Source of the DNA: Haliotis rufescens
Taxonomy: Eukaryota
Assembly: GCF_023055435.1 (NCBI RefSeq)
Contig: NW_025964383.1
Span: forward strand, 37,386,001 to 37,450,000
DNA: 64,000 nucleotides
Reading direction: 5' to 3'
Position numbers and translations under genes: made by a program
The notes under the pieces: model-generated
What the model was told of the DNA's origin: nothing
Database searches by the model: none
What the model saw: only the letters and a program-made list of their open reading frames with translations
Part shown: piece by piece, positions 52,701-62,213 of the stretch
Numbering within the stretch: position 1 is the stretch's first letter
Layout of the letters: every line of letters starts with the position of its first letter

Positions 52701-55700
52701 CACTGAACTGATTGTTGACATTGCGAGCGATTCTCATTAATAAGTATGTGCATATATTTATATCTGTATCTGAAATAATTGCAGGAGATGGTCAGACCCG
52801 GACCTTCCCTCATCCAGACAGCCAAGTTAGAGATTTCTCCAGGTAAGACTCATCATACTCAATGTTCATCCTACCCGTGAGTGAATTTGAACGCTACTTC
52901 GAGCAGTATTTCAGTTATATGAGGTCGTGTCAGCCTGATGTGGGAGGAGGTGAGGCAGATGTAAGCACGTTTACCACTTTGGCTGAACCAACAAGAACGA
53001 GCCAAGAATCATTATTCGGAGCTCTAGACGACTGGTCCGCCCGGTGCGATAATCGATCAAACAAGACATTCAGTCCTGTTGTCAAAATCTGAAAACAACT
53101 GCATCGAGTGTTCCGAGTCGCGGTGTCAGTAATGTGTGTTTGTGTGTGACCACTTTGATCTGATTGATCGCCGCCTCCATGCCTTCCAATAGCATCTGAA
53201 TTTTAGCTAAATGAGGAACTGTCCGATCATGACAGTCCAAGAACCTGTATATATCGGGAAACTGCAGGATGTGGTGTATTGACAACACTGAGCAGGGCCT
53301 GTATATATCGGGGAACTGCAGGATGTGGTGTAATGACAACACTGAGCAGGACCTGTATATATCGGGGAACTGCAGGATGTGGTGTAATGGCAACACCAAG
53401 CAGGACCTGTATATATCGGGGAACTGCAGGATGTGGTGTAATGGCAACACCGAGCAGGACCTGTATATATCGGGGAACTGCAGGATGTGGTGTAATGACA
53501 ACACTGAGCAGGACCTGTATATATCGGGGAACTGCAGGATGTGGTGTAATGACAACACTAAGCAGGACCTGTATATATCGGGAAACAGCTGGATGTGGTG
53601 TAAATGACAACACTGAGCAGGACCTGTATATATCGGGGAAACTGCAGGATGTGGTGTAATGGCAACACTGAACAGGACCTGTATATATCGGGGAACTGCA
53701 GGATGTGGTGTAATGGTAACACTAAGCAGGGCCTCTATATATCATGAAACTGCAGGATGTGGTGTCACTGGCAAGGTAAAGTGACGTGGACGTCATTTTT
53801 CGATGGAGGGAAGTATGTGGCCGATGTAGTTTTTGTATATATTTGTTTTAATTTCATTTTAGGTTTTTACGTATATTTATCATATATAACTAGTTGTCCG
53901 TTTCAGTCAGCTATAACAAAGTGTATCTGACCTGTCTTACCTACTAACTGCCCCATGGCCAGAAGCTTCATTTGCTGATTGGCCAAGCTAACACCTATTG
54001 TTAAACTGCATGCTTTGATTACACTGCATACTCTCTCAGCACATAAACTGACAGAACTGCTCAGACCAGCAAAGTGTAAAGAGAGAATATTAAATCAGGT
54101 GAGTTAAATGGTTATAATCTCTATCTTGTGTTGTATTTAAATAATACAGTATGTTCAAAGTGTTATATGAAGTAAACTAAATGTATGTAATCTAACATAA
54201 ATGTTGATTTATGTCTAAATATTTAAATCTGCATAGGATAAGCTAAACATCCATACTTTATCACTAAAATGTATTCTATCACTTCAATGAAATATGTGTG
54301 AAAGTGTTTTACCTCAAGAGTGTTTTAATAAGCTTTGTAATGTAGAGATTTAGATGTGATACAATGCAAATCATTGTAAAGAAAATGTGTGTATTACTTT
54401 GTTCAATATATTAAATGTTAAATAGTGTTTTAGTCTATGTATTGTTTATTCAGATAATCTATGGTGTTGCCATATAGGCAGTTGGGATCCACACCCTTGT
54501 ATCACCCACAGGGTATGCATTGTGTTATTTATATTTGTCTAAGACTTACAATGTAATCTAATTGTGATAACCACATTTAATGTAATATCATATCATTAAT
54601 TTCTGTCTTAAAGTATTGTATATGTTTATGCAGAATGTGTAAGCGTTATGCATTTATATTATGTATATATATTGTGTATATATTATAGTCAAATGAAAGT
54701 CAAGGAGTTATCTCCCTTGAATGTCGGTATTGTTGATCATGTACATACTGTATATGTTCTAGTATAATCGTTTAAGGTTCAGTCTATCTTGTGTTTAATG
54801 GATGACTAATATATGTAAATAATTACTTGTAATACGCCTATGCTATGTATCTAGCATTAATGATAATGTTTTACTTAGTATTTATTGTGTTATTATGTGT
54901 TTCAGGGTGTATGATATATAGATCCTTTATCACACTCGACGCATCGCAATAAAGACCTCAACCCCGTAGCATGTGTTTGTTCGCTATAAAAAGACCTTCA
55001 CTAAACTGCTACATTAACACCTAGCATGACCTGTATATATCGGGGAACTGTCGGATGTGGTGTAATGTCAACACCAAGCAGGACCTCTATATATCGGGGA
55101 ACTGCCGGATGTGGTGTTATGGCAACACCAAGCAGGACCTGTATATGTCGGGGAACTGCCGGATGTGGTGTTATGGCAACACCAAGCAGGACCTGTATTT
55201 ATCGGGGAACTGTCGGATGTGGTGTAATGGCAACACCAAGCAGGAGCTGTATATATCGGGGAACTGCCGGATGTGGTGTTATGGCAACACTAAGCAGGAG
55301 CTGTATATATTATGAAACTACAGGATGTGGCGTTATGGCAACACTAAGCAGGGCCTCTATATATCAGGAACTGCCGGATGTGGTGTAATGTTAACACCAA
55401 GCAGGACCTGTATATATCGGGGAACTGCAGGATGTGGTGTAATGTTAACACCAAGCAGGACCTGTATATATCGGGGAACTACAGGATGTGGTGTAATGGC
55501 AACACTAAGCAGGACCTGTCTATATCCAGGAACTGCAGGATATGGTGTAATGGACGTCCAAAACATGTACTCATGGACTCGGGTCAGGTGATCAAGCACA
55601 ATACGATCGATTCTGTCATCATTCAAGTACTGGTCCATATGGCTGACATGATGAGGATTTGCGTAGTCACCAATGATAATGAATGTACATGTCGCAAATG

Positions 55701-58700
55701 TCATCCTTGAAGGGAACAGCTGACCCACTTAGCAACGTTAGCCTCCTGATACCATTGCGCAACACCCGACCACGAGGTTCTGTGAAGTTGGTTGGTTGGT
55801 TGTTTTTTTACGGCGCACTCAGCAATATTTCAGCTTTCTGACGGTGGTCTGTAAAAAATTTAGTCTGGACCAGACAGTCCAGTGATTAATATCATGAGCA
55901 TCAATCCACGAAATTGAAATCGATGACGTGCATGAAGCAAGTCAGTGAACCCGACCATCTGATCCCGTTTGTTGCCTCTTACGATAAACATAGTCGCCTT
56001 TTACGGCAAGCATGGGCTGCTGAAGACCTATTCTACCCCGGATCTTCACGGGTCGGTTCTGTGAACTCAACTAGAGAAGAAAAAAGGGGACCAGTCAAGC
56101 ACCGTCCAGTTGGTGTTATCTTAACACCAGGCAAAACGGGCCCGTGTATGCCAATCAGTTGTATGGGATACTTGATCTGGAGGAACGAAGATCTCCTTGA
56201 AAACACATTGCTTGTCTTGACATGTTTACTGGTGTGGCTTACGAGACTGTTTGCCGGCATGAACGGATGTCTTCAGCAACCTGTCCTCCCACTGCGTTGA
56301 GGACTGCATTGGTTGGAAACGATTCCATGCTCTGCAGCACGTACAGCATTAAGTTGTGATATCACACTGTCAAGCATACTAATATAGCAAGCATTGTTGA
56401 TGTAGAATATTTGTATACACATTGATTTCCTTTCACGCACAGTGCGTGAAAGCCAAAATTAATGCGTGATGGGTTACCAAAATACGGTCAAGTTAAAGTT
56501 TGATAATCATGTTGTTGACCAATATATGTGTTGTCCTAAGCAAACCTTGAGTGCCACATCCCAATGCTAATAATTGCCATATTTGTATAAGGATTCTATC
56601 TATGTGATTCAGCTTCTTCTCTCTACCCACAATGCCATTCTATATTTTATCAGAAGATAAAATCCACCAGAGGCCTGTGAAGAGAAGTCAGATTGCCAAA
56701 CTGAGGCGGTTTCAACAGGGGTTGCTGAAGGAGAGTGACTTGTTTGACATCATAGGAAACGTAAGAAGACATTATCTTATATCTATTTATATCCAGTGGG
56801 GCCCATTTCTGATCTTTCGCCTTGGGTTAAGTAATAGAGCAATGCAGTGTGGCTCATCTCTTAGGATTACTACATGTCTTTCTTCAGGGGTTAAATAATA
56901 CAGCAATGCAGTTTACCTCAGCCCTTAGAATAACTCCATGTCTTTCTTCAGGGGTTAAGTACTACAGAAATGTGGTATGGTTCACCCCTTTTGATTACTC
57001 CATGTCTTTCTTCAGGGGTTAAGTAATACAGCAATGCAGTGTGGTTCACCCCTTAGGATTACTCCATGTCTTATTTCAGGGTTTAAGTAATACAGCAATG
57101 CAGTGTGGCTTACCCCTTAGGATTACTCCATGTGGTACGCCAGGGTTTAAGTAATACAGCAATGCAGCGTGGGTTATCCCTTAGGATTACTCCATGTCTT
57201 TCGTCAGGGGTTAAGTAATACAGCAATGCGGTGTGGTTAACCCATTAGGATTACTCCATGTCTTACTTCAGGGGTTAAGTAATACAGCAATGCAGTGTGG
57301 TTCACCCCTTAGGATTACTCCATGTCTTTCTTCAGGGGTTAAGTAATACAGCAATGCGGTGTGGTTCACCCCTTAGGATTACTCCATGTCTTTCTTCAGG
57401 GTTTAAGGAATACAGCAACGCAGTGTGGTTCACCCCTTAGAATTACTCCATGTCTTTCTTCAGGGTTTAAGGAATACAGCAACGCAGTGTGGTTCACCCC
57501 TTAGAATTACTCCATGTCTTATTTCAGGGTTTAAGGAATACAGCAATGCAGAGTGGGTCACCCCTTAGAATAACTCCATGTCTTATTTCAGGGTTTAAGG
57601 AATACAGCAATGCAGAGTGGGTCACCCCTTAGGATTACTCCATGTCTTACTTCAGGGGTTAAGTAATACAGCAATGCAGTGTGATGTATGCTGTTCTCTC
57701 TGTATGCGATGTGGTTTGTATTTGGCTGTTTGATTGAGAGGGGTTTATATCCTCTATCTTCAACTATCTATCATCTGCCTGTGTGAGTTGTGCTGTATTC
57801 ACTATCTTAATTCTGCAAGTGTGAGACGTGCTGTATTCACTATCTTTATTCTGCCTGTGTGAGTTGTGTTGTATTCACTATCTATATTCTGCCTGTGTGA
57901 GACGTGCTGTATTCACTATCTATATTCTGCCAGTGTGAGACGTGCTGTATTCACTATCTATATTCTGCCTGTGTGAGTTGTGTTGTATTCACTATCTATA
58001 TTCTGCCTTTGTGAGACGTGCTGTATTCACTATCTATATTCTGCCTGTGTGAGACGTGCTGTATTCACTATCTATATTCTGCCTGTGTGAGATGTGTTGT
58101 ATTCACTATCTATATTCTGCCTGTGTGAGACGTGCTGTATTCTCTATCTATATTCTTTCTGTGTGAGAGGTGTTGCATTCACTATCTATATTTTGCCTGT
58201 GTGAGAGGTGTTGCATTCTCTATCTATATTCTTCCTGTGTGAGATGTGTTGCATTCACTATCTATCATCTGCATGTGTGAAATGTTTTGTAAATCGCTAT
58301 CAATATTCTTCCTGTGTGAGATGTGTTGTATTCACTATGTATATTCTGTCGGTATGAGATATATTGTATTCACTATCTATATTCTGCCTGTGTGAGACGT
58401 GCTGTATTCACTATCTATATTCTGCCTGTGTGAGATGTGTTGTTATCACTATCGACATTCTGCCTGAGTGAGATATGTTGTATTCACTATATATATTCTG
58501 CCGGTATGAGATATGTTGTATTCACTATCTTTATTCTCCCTGTGTGAGATGTGTTCACTATCTATATTCTCTCTGTATGAGACGTGTTGTGTTCACTATC
58601 TTTATTCTAGTCGTGTGAGATGTGTAATGTTCAACGTCATTGATTTGCGGGTTTGAGTGAGGGTCGAGTTGTAATGACTATCTGTTCCTACCCATGCCTT

Positions 58701-59532
58701 GTGTGTCTTCACTCTGGCTGTGAGAGAAGTGTTTAGTGTGACATGTGTTATCTTCGTCCTGTGTCATGTGTGTCTTCACTCTGCCTGTGTGGGAAGTGTT
58801 TAGTGTGACATGTGTTATCTTCGTCCTGTGTCATGTGTGTCTTCACTCTGCCTGTGATAGAAGTGTTTAGTGTGACATGTGTTATCTTCGTCCTATGTCA
58901 TGTGTGTCTTCACTCTCCCTGTGTGGGAAGTGTTCAGTGTGACATGTGTTATCTTCGTCCTGTGCCATGTGTGTCTTCACTCTGCCTGTGAGAGAAGTGT
59001 TTAGTGTGACATGTGTTATCTTCGTCCTGTGTCATGTGTGTCTTCACTCTGCCTGTGTGGGAAGTGTGTAGTGTTTTCTTTTTAGTGTTTCCTGGGTGAA
59101 ATGTGTATCGGACTCACTGTTTTCAAACTGTCTGTGTGTTATTGCCACTCCCTGCACATTTATATACTCCTATATATAACTCACATATATTATAATAAAC
59201 CTATGAGCACGTGTTTGGTGCTGACAAATCAATGGATCGTGCCTGGCAAAGAGTAACCGAACTGGTTTTATCTTCGACCTTTTGGAAACCCATGCTTCAG
59301 TGGAGAACATGGACTTGTTATAAAACAATTCAGGTCAACGAGTATGTCAAGATTAGTTAGCCAAAGAACATCAAATTCAGGATACTCCATTATGTGAGAC
59401 CACGTTGCACAGATACATTATACAATGATATTATTTGTGTGTATCCTTGTACATAAGACACTAAACTCAACTCTTCTACTTTCCCTGTTCAGATGATTGT
59501 CGATGAAGAAGACCACCTCGCCTCTTTACAAG
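6580..59532 (+). CDS. Multi-exon Schlafen-like gene (AlbA_2 + SWADL-like + degenerate P-loop + repeated helical modules); carries a premature stop, 5' and 3' ends not determined
   Basis: Manually assembled GT-AG exons: 6580-7757, 19723-20497, 20662-20792, 21448-21494, 21746-21788, 22549-22634, 24042-24099, 24294-24397, 24522-24570, 41941-41970, 42093-42178, 42421-42454, 44932-44987, 45840-45900, 48848-48897, 49004-49070, 50799-50848, 51064-51106, 52090-52184, 52785-52842, 56654-56760, 59493-59532. Every junction is phase-compatible. The only stop in this model is TAG 7715-7717. Confidence 0.7.
12105..13821 (-). mobile_element. Non-autonomous Helentron/HINE (pearl/DINE-1-like) element with central satellite array
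   Basis: On the minus strand: 5' hairpin TTATGTCTCCCC...GGGAGACATA (13791-13821), GTC-rich microsatellite, tandem array, matching sub-terminal GGGAGACATATG (~12133-12145), palindrome GTTTTTACGAGTAAAAAC (12116-12133) and terminal CTAGTT. Confidence 0.75.
12278..13738. repeat. 172-bp tandem repeat, about 8.5 highly similar copies
   Basis: The motif ACCACTTCAGTGCT recurs at 12281, 12453, 12625 and onward, a 172-bp period. Confidence 0.95.
13978..16933 (-). pseudogene. LINE ORF2 (AP endonuclease + reverse transcriptase), frameshifted
   Basis: Starts MNTLTFFFINVCGL at 16933 and is split over ORFs 15649-16710, 14973-15830, 14537-14935 and 13978-14460. The catalytic YADD reads YAND. Confidence 0.9.
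16958..18082 (-). CDS. LINE ORF1 (coiled coil + L1-ORF1/Transposase_22-like RRM and CTD), 374 aa
   Basis: First ATG at 18082. A heptad-rich region is followed by NNLIFTGIDE...VHRLG...PRPILVAF...GINEHFP...RR, typical of LINE ORF1p. Confidence 0.85.
   Translation of the reverse strand: MALATHSDYNPSDRYRDYQPDLQYLQQHHRQIQQQLHSEQAIQVSSQNSASLPLLEGNHPPAWASHLISEIKNLSQITHGIASRTSDIEAKVSVIDKRSEQIDKIQERVKNIDINILTLNQSVQHTVHRVSNIETALTQLSMKVDKTKSTGEENASVDRLEGKLDECHDELDYLHGRLHQVSDQNYELKEQLLTVQCKSLENNLIFTGIDETEEENVEVKAQNVIENNLKIAKSIELEKVHRLGKKRSDQIKPRPILVAFTSKRDRDIVKSQGHKLKGPSVGINEHFPYEIQQRRKQLWHRYKQAKSNGHKTSFIRDRLYIDGKRIYPDSTPDIDPNVDFPALPSDREPPSSLTPTHNRPEKKARYNSDRQTSD
18560..19150 (+). mobile_element. Decayed DIRS fragment (RNase H / methyltransferase region)
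   Basis: The frame starting at 18731 reads ARHIPGISNVVADVRSR...PTE...IDLGAA**NHQLPVF, matching DIRS HIPGxxNVxADxLSR and IDLFA...NxQLP. A possible RT remnant (FSFGLAP) at ~11280 may belong to the same interrupted copy. Boundaries are approximate. Confidence 0.55.
19723..20792 (+). CDS. Schlafen linker (SWADL-like) and helicase-N exons (19723-20497, 20662-20792)
   Basis: GVVFISQSLAPVLDIP...GHVICDAFIALPG resembles the SLFN11/13 G-x-x-I-x-SRSWAVDL...GVICDALLI region. FLTREQ...GPGTGATT sits at the Walker A position and VIVDE (Walker B) is in the next exon. Splice phases 1/2/1 are consistent. Confidence 0.8.
21448..24570 (+). CDS. Six small exons encoding helical module 1 of the Schlafen-like gene
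   Basis: Exons of 47, 43, 86, 58, 104 and 49 nt with canonical AG/GT and alternating phase 1/0. Translation IQEELANLKMRTTAMK-DVDTVKGQVDALES-DECQSQINFLFEEMDVLRLF...-ELDRKKK...LSP-VCGGRD...DVLDSIKE-FLVEDKILIGYFQTTI is open. The donor at 24100 (GTGATA) is weak. Confidence 0.7.
22186..22456 (-). mobile_element. SINE-like interspersed repeat (same family as 55787-56054 and 45977-46092)
   Basis: Clearly alignable over ~270 bp with 55787-56054. Has a simple-repeat (AAAC)n tail and a TAAGAGGCGACTAA core on the minus strand. Confidence 0.75.
22890..22973 (+). mobile_element. Minimal tRNA-derived retroposon (tRNA-like head + (CCTCA)n tail) with 13-bp TSD
   Basis: A-box TGGTCCAGTGG, anticodon-like stem TCCGC-CCAGAGA-GCGGA and degenerate B-box GGTGTGATCCC. 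Flanked by CCTGATATCGTTA at 22877-22889 and 22974-22986. Confidence 0.8.
24817..28378 (+). mobile_element. Decayed DIRS1-type retrotransposon, copy B
   Basis: ITRs of ~180-210 bp (24817-24997 inverted at 28167-28378) and an ICR at ~28008-28100. RT remnant DWFISLDLKDACLHVTIH, MT-like AFPPW...IAPIWPSRAW and YR remnant ATAASVSEFHA...FVAKNQ. Confidence 0.85.
25077..25320 (+). mobile_element. Short HINE/pearl-like fragment nested in DIRS copy B
   Basis: (GTCC)n microsatellite followed by one diverged monomer related to the reverse complement of the 172-bp repeat (ACACATTAACC...GTGCCTTTTGCTA...CGTTTCCATGG). Boundaries are approximate. Confidence 0.6.
28502..41321. repeat. 12.8-kb compound satellite: ~37-bp core ACTGAGTGTGTAACAGGTTACACCACGGTCTACACTG separated by variable (CACTA)n
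   Basis: Directly visible throughout the interval. It contains higher-order segmental duplications, e.g. an offset of 2858 bp between ~35500-36790 and ~38360-39650. Confidence 0.98.
41941..49070 (+). CDS. Middle small exons (charged, probably disordered linker) of the Schlafen-like gene
   Basis: Exons 41941-41970, 42093-42178, 42421-42454, 44932-44987, 45840-45900, 48848-48897 and 49004-49070 have pyrimidine-rich acceptors and GT(A/G) donors, and the frame stays open. A further candidate at 47610-47671 does not fit the frame on its own. Confidence 0.6.
43162..43301. repeat. Foldback inverted repeat (MITE-like), ~54-bp arms
   Basis: TATCACGCGAGTGTGTTTAGGGATGGTTAATATCCTGTATTAGGAATAAACATT pairs with AATGTCTATTCCTAATACAGGATATTTACAGTTCCCAAACACACAAGTGTGATA. 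Confidence 0.7.
44424..44547 (+). mobile_element. Internally deleted tRNA-derived SINE
   Basis: A-box GGTAGCCTAGTGG fused to B-box GGTTCGATTCCC, followed by a GCTGGAATATT...GGCGTAAAAC body and an (ACTC)n tail. Confidence 0.65.
45977..46092 (+). mobile_element. Partial SINE copy (family of 22186-22456)
   Basis: TCCCAATT...GCTCATGATGTCAA...GGATTGTTTGGTCCAGACTCGATT is the reverse complement of part of 22186-22456. Confidence 0.65.
49241..49524 (+). mobile_element. 3' fragment (ICR + shortened right ITR) of the DIRS copy B family
   Basis: Aligns with ~27929-28185 and ~28343-28378. Confidence 0.8.
49921..50810. repeat. 21-bp minisatellite (GTAGCAGACATCAGTATCAAT)n containing three copies of a splice-acceptor cassette
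   Basis: Direct observation. The cassette CGCTTCTCACTCTGACCCTGTTTATATGTGGACTTCTCCTTCAG|GTATTGCAGA has its AG ending at 50267, 50669 and 50798. Confidence 0.95.
50799..59532 (+). CDS. Six small exons encoding helical module 2 of the Schlafen-like gene
   Basis: Exons of 50, 43, 95, 58, 107 and 40 nt with the same phase pattern as module 1. Translation IAEIAEQEKRLLTLEE-EQDHQKRHLDSLYC-DLPHEWLIKVHYLQRHQDVLSL...-EMVRP...ISP-EDKIHQ...DLFDIIGN-MIVDEEDHLASLQ is open. It ends in phase 1, so the gene continues. Confidence 0.7.
51440..51902. repeat. 24-bp minisatellite (ATGATTCATAGTGGCTCTCATTAC)n, about 19 copies
   Basis: Direct observation. Confidence 0.95.
53240..55553. repeat. 57-bp minisatellite split into two blocks (53240-53765, 55028-55553)
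   Basis: Unit GACCTGTATATATCGGGGAACTGCAGGATGTGGTGTAATGGCAACACYAAGCAG lies on both sides of a unique insert. Confidence 0.95.
53763..55030 (+). mobile_element. Solo-LTR-like ~1.27-kb insertion
   Basis: Begins TGTCAC and ends ATGAC, is AT-rich, has AATAAA near the 3' end (~54948) and interrupts the 57-bp array. No TSD was seen. Confidence 0.45.
55787..56054 (-). mobile_element. SINE-like interspersed repeat (second full-length copy)
   Basis: Aligns with 22186-22456 and has a (CCAA)n tail on the minus strand. Confidence 0.75.
56820..57681. repeat. 64-bp minisatellite, about 13 copies
   Basis: Unit TTCAGGGGTTAAGTAATACAGCAATGCAGTGTGGTTCACCCCTTAGGATTACTCCATGTCTTTC with period 64 (57271 to 57335). 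Confidence 0.95.
57765..58625. repeat. 38-bp minisatellite, about 22 copies
   Basis: Unit CTGCCTGTGTGAGACGTGCTGTATTCACTATCTATATT. Confidence 0.95.
58700..59074. repeat. 67-bp minisatellite, about 5.5 copies
   Basis: CTTCACTCT recurs at 58707, 58774 and onward. Confidence 0.9.
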
Positions 59533-60659
59533 GTGAGTCCTCCTTGTTTACAATGTTCGTGAATGTCAGCTACTGCTAATGCGTGTTGACCTCATTGCGT
59601 GGATATTGAATCTGTAACGATTCGTCTGTTAATAAACTGTCTTAATTTATTAATTACATTAAGTAATACGTTACCACTTGTTATACCAAGGCTGTTGTCT
59701 CCCACAACTGCTCTTATAGCGAAATCTACTATAGAGATCTCAATTACCTCATGCAGCACGTGCGTAGCCATCTCAGTTGCCATGTGACACCCTTCACTCT
59801 TGTCTCTTCGCTTGCTCCAGCAAGACGTATAGTGACTGCTCTGAAGCGTTCCTGTTTCTCCAACCTTTGGTGTATTTATTACTGTTTATTGACTCATATA
59901 AACTGTGCTTTTTTGTGGGCGTTTGCTGTAACTACGCTTGGAACCCGCCAAAAGGAACATTTTTCCTCCCTTTTTTCTATATACTTGCGGGGTGTCTCCT
60001 ATGCACGTTGCGTCTTACGTTCCCCTGTAATAGTATGTCTTGGGGGTTTACATCACTTATTTCTCTATATGCTATATGTGTATGTTCTATATTCGCAATG
60101 CTCATTTATTTTCTTGTGAAAATGTTCGTTTGTGAATATTTGTGGTGCGTGTGTTGTAACCATGTTTTACTCTTTGTTCATAGTAACAATGTCGGACAAT
60201 GTCGGACATGGACATGTCGCCATCCTCAACCCCCTCTACCCCCTCTAATTCCTCTCTTCTCGGGATCCCCACGATCGTTGCCCGCGGTGCAGGGTTCCTT
60301 GCGGGGACACCCGATGCGCCCTGTGCGGGGGTCTGAGGCGTTGAGCGCTACAGTCTGTACTGCATTCTGTTTCCACCCCTGTTGTGGCCGGCTCGTCCGG
60401 TCGGGGTCCCCTTGCGGGTACCACCTCCACGGCTGCAGGGGATCCCTTGGCGGCCCTTGGGCTGTCCGGGGATTCTGTCACAGCATTACTTTCTCAACTT
60501 GTTGACTCCAAGCTGGCGGCCTTATCTCGGGATAGGCCGCTGGCTGTTCCGTCCCCGGCTTCTTCAGTGGCCGCGGGGTCCACCGGTCTAGGGGTCGGGT
60601 CCTTCTTCCAGGAAGAAGCCCCGCTCTGTGGGCTCCGGTAAGGGCAATCAGCCGCCCTT

Positions 60660-61490
60660 TTGCGGGAAGAAGGGGAACTGGGGAAGTCCACAAGCTGTCT
60701 AGGGACGGCAAGGGCTCCTCCAGGGGACTTTCACTGGAGGGGTTCGTATGCCGACAGCGCCAACTTCACTTGGCCCGTAGGCGAACCCGAGTCACCCAGC
60801 CCTGGACAGTTGCGCCTGCCGCAGCCTGTCAGGCCCCCCTCTCCTTCCCCGGTGGTAGTCAGACTCCAGACTTTCTGGGAGAATAGGGAACAAGTGTTCG
60901 ACGACCCGTGGGTGGTCAACACGATCCGGTACGGCTATCGGCTAGATCTCAAAGCGGATCCGCCACTCACCGTTGCCCCGTTGTTGGAAGGTTTCTATTC
61001 GGAAACCGATCTTCCCATCCTGGCCGATGCCATCGGCAGGCTGGTGGAGAAGAGGGCGGTACGGGAGTTAGCCCTACCAGAAATAACACCGGGGTTTTAC
61101 TCCAGGATATTTCTCGTTCCTCAGAAGGACAGTGCCGAACTCAGAATGATTCCCAATCTGAAGTCATTCAACGAGTTTTACATGCACAACCCGCCCAAGT
61201 TCAGAATGTTGACCTTGGCGGACCTGAAAGCTCTGATCATGCCCGCTGACTGGCTCGCATTGATCGACCTGAAGGATGCTTATCTGCATGTTCCGATCCA
61301 TCCAGACCATCACAAGTATCTCAGGTTTGTCTTTCAAGGCAGGCATTACAAGTGGGTAGCACTCCCATTCGGCCTATCGTCCGCTCCCTGGCTGTTCACC
61401 CAGTTAACCACTCCCATAGTGGGGTTCCTCCACAGGAGGGGTGTCAGGTACTTTGCATACCTGGACGACTCGCAAGTGGCGAATCGGTGA
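60660..61490 (+). pseudogene. DIRS reverse transcriptase (truncated just after YLDD)
   Basis: GFYSRIFLVPQK...IDLKDAYLHVPIHP...LPFGLSSAP...YLDD followed by a stop/deletion. Confidence 0.9.
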
Positions 61491-61784
61491 TGATTGACAA
61501 AGTCTTAGCGGTGCAACAGACAGTTCACTTTTGGGAACAGCTGTTAGGGCTACTTGTGTCAGCCCAGGACTGCACCAAACAGGGTCGTCTCCAACTCCGC
61601 CCGCTGCAACGGTTTCTAATCCAGTTGTTAGCACAGGAGGAGAACAGTGCATCCGTCGCCCTCCCAGATTGGCTCCGACCGCATCTGGAGTGGTGGACGG
61701 TCCCTTGCAACGTCTTATCAGGAGTCCCGGTGTGCGGAACGTACTGGCAGACGCGCTGTGGAGGCCTCGGGATCCGAGCCCCAC

Positions 61785-62213
61785 GAAATGGATGTTCAAT
61801 CCAGTAGTGTTTCAGTGTCTGTGCGAACGTCTGGGTCGTCCGATGGTCGACCTGTTCGCAACCAGGTACAACAATCAACTCCCGTTGTTTGTATCACCAG
61901 TCCCGGACCTGAGGGCCATCGATCACGATGCTCTCGCGTTAGACAGGAAGGGTATGGAAGCTTATGCTTACCCAAGACGGCGTTAATACCACTCATTCTA
62001 AGCCGGCTCCGAGGAGTTCGCTGTCGAATGTTGCTGATCGCGCCCATATGGCCGAACAGATCGTGGTACCCCGACTTGCTGGCCCAGGTCAGGCAGTCGC
62101 CAATTCCACTGCCTGTGAGACCGGATCTACTGATCCACCCTCACACCCGTCAACTTCATCCTAACGCAGGGCAGTTCAATCTGCACGCGTGGATGTTGTC
62201 ACCGAGCGACTGA
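61785..62213 (+). pseudogene. DIRS Dam-like methyltransferase domain, frameshifted
   Basis: PMVDLFATRYNNQLP...DAL...AYAYP / LIPLILSRL...LIAPIWPNRSWYPDLL, split over two frames at ~61975. Confidence 0.75.

Noticed and set aside
51384-55728. Repeat ORFs (MNHVMRAT, MIHSGSHY, CIYRGTAGCG and similar)
   Set aside because: Unit lengths of 24 and 57 bp are multiples of 3, which yields open frames on both strands. There is no other coding evidence.
56056-56600. Tc1/mariner transposase remnant on the minus strand (and a TIR-like end at ~40-87)
   Set aside because: Only a faint resemblance; too degraded to support without a search.
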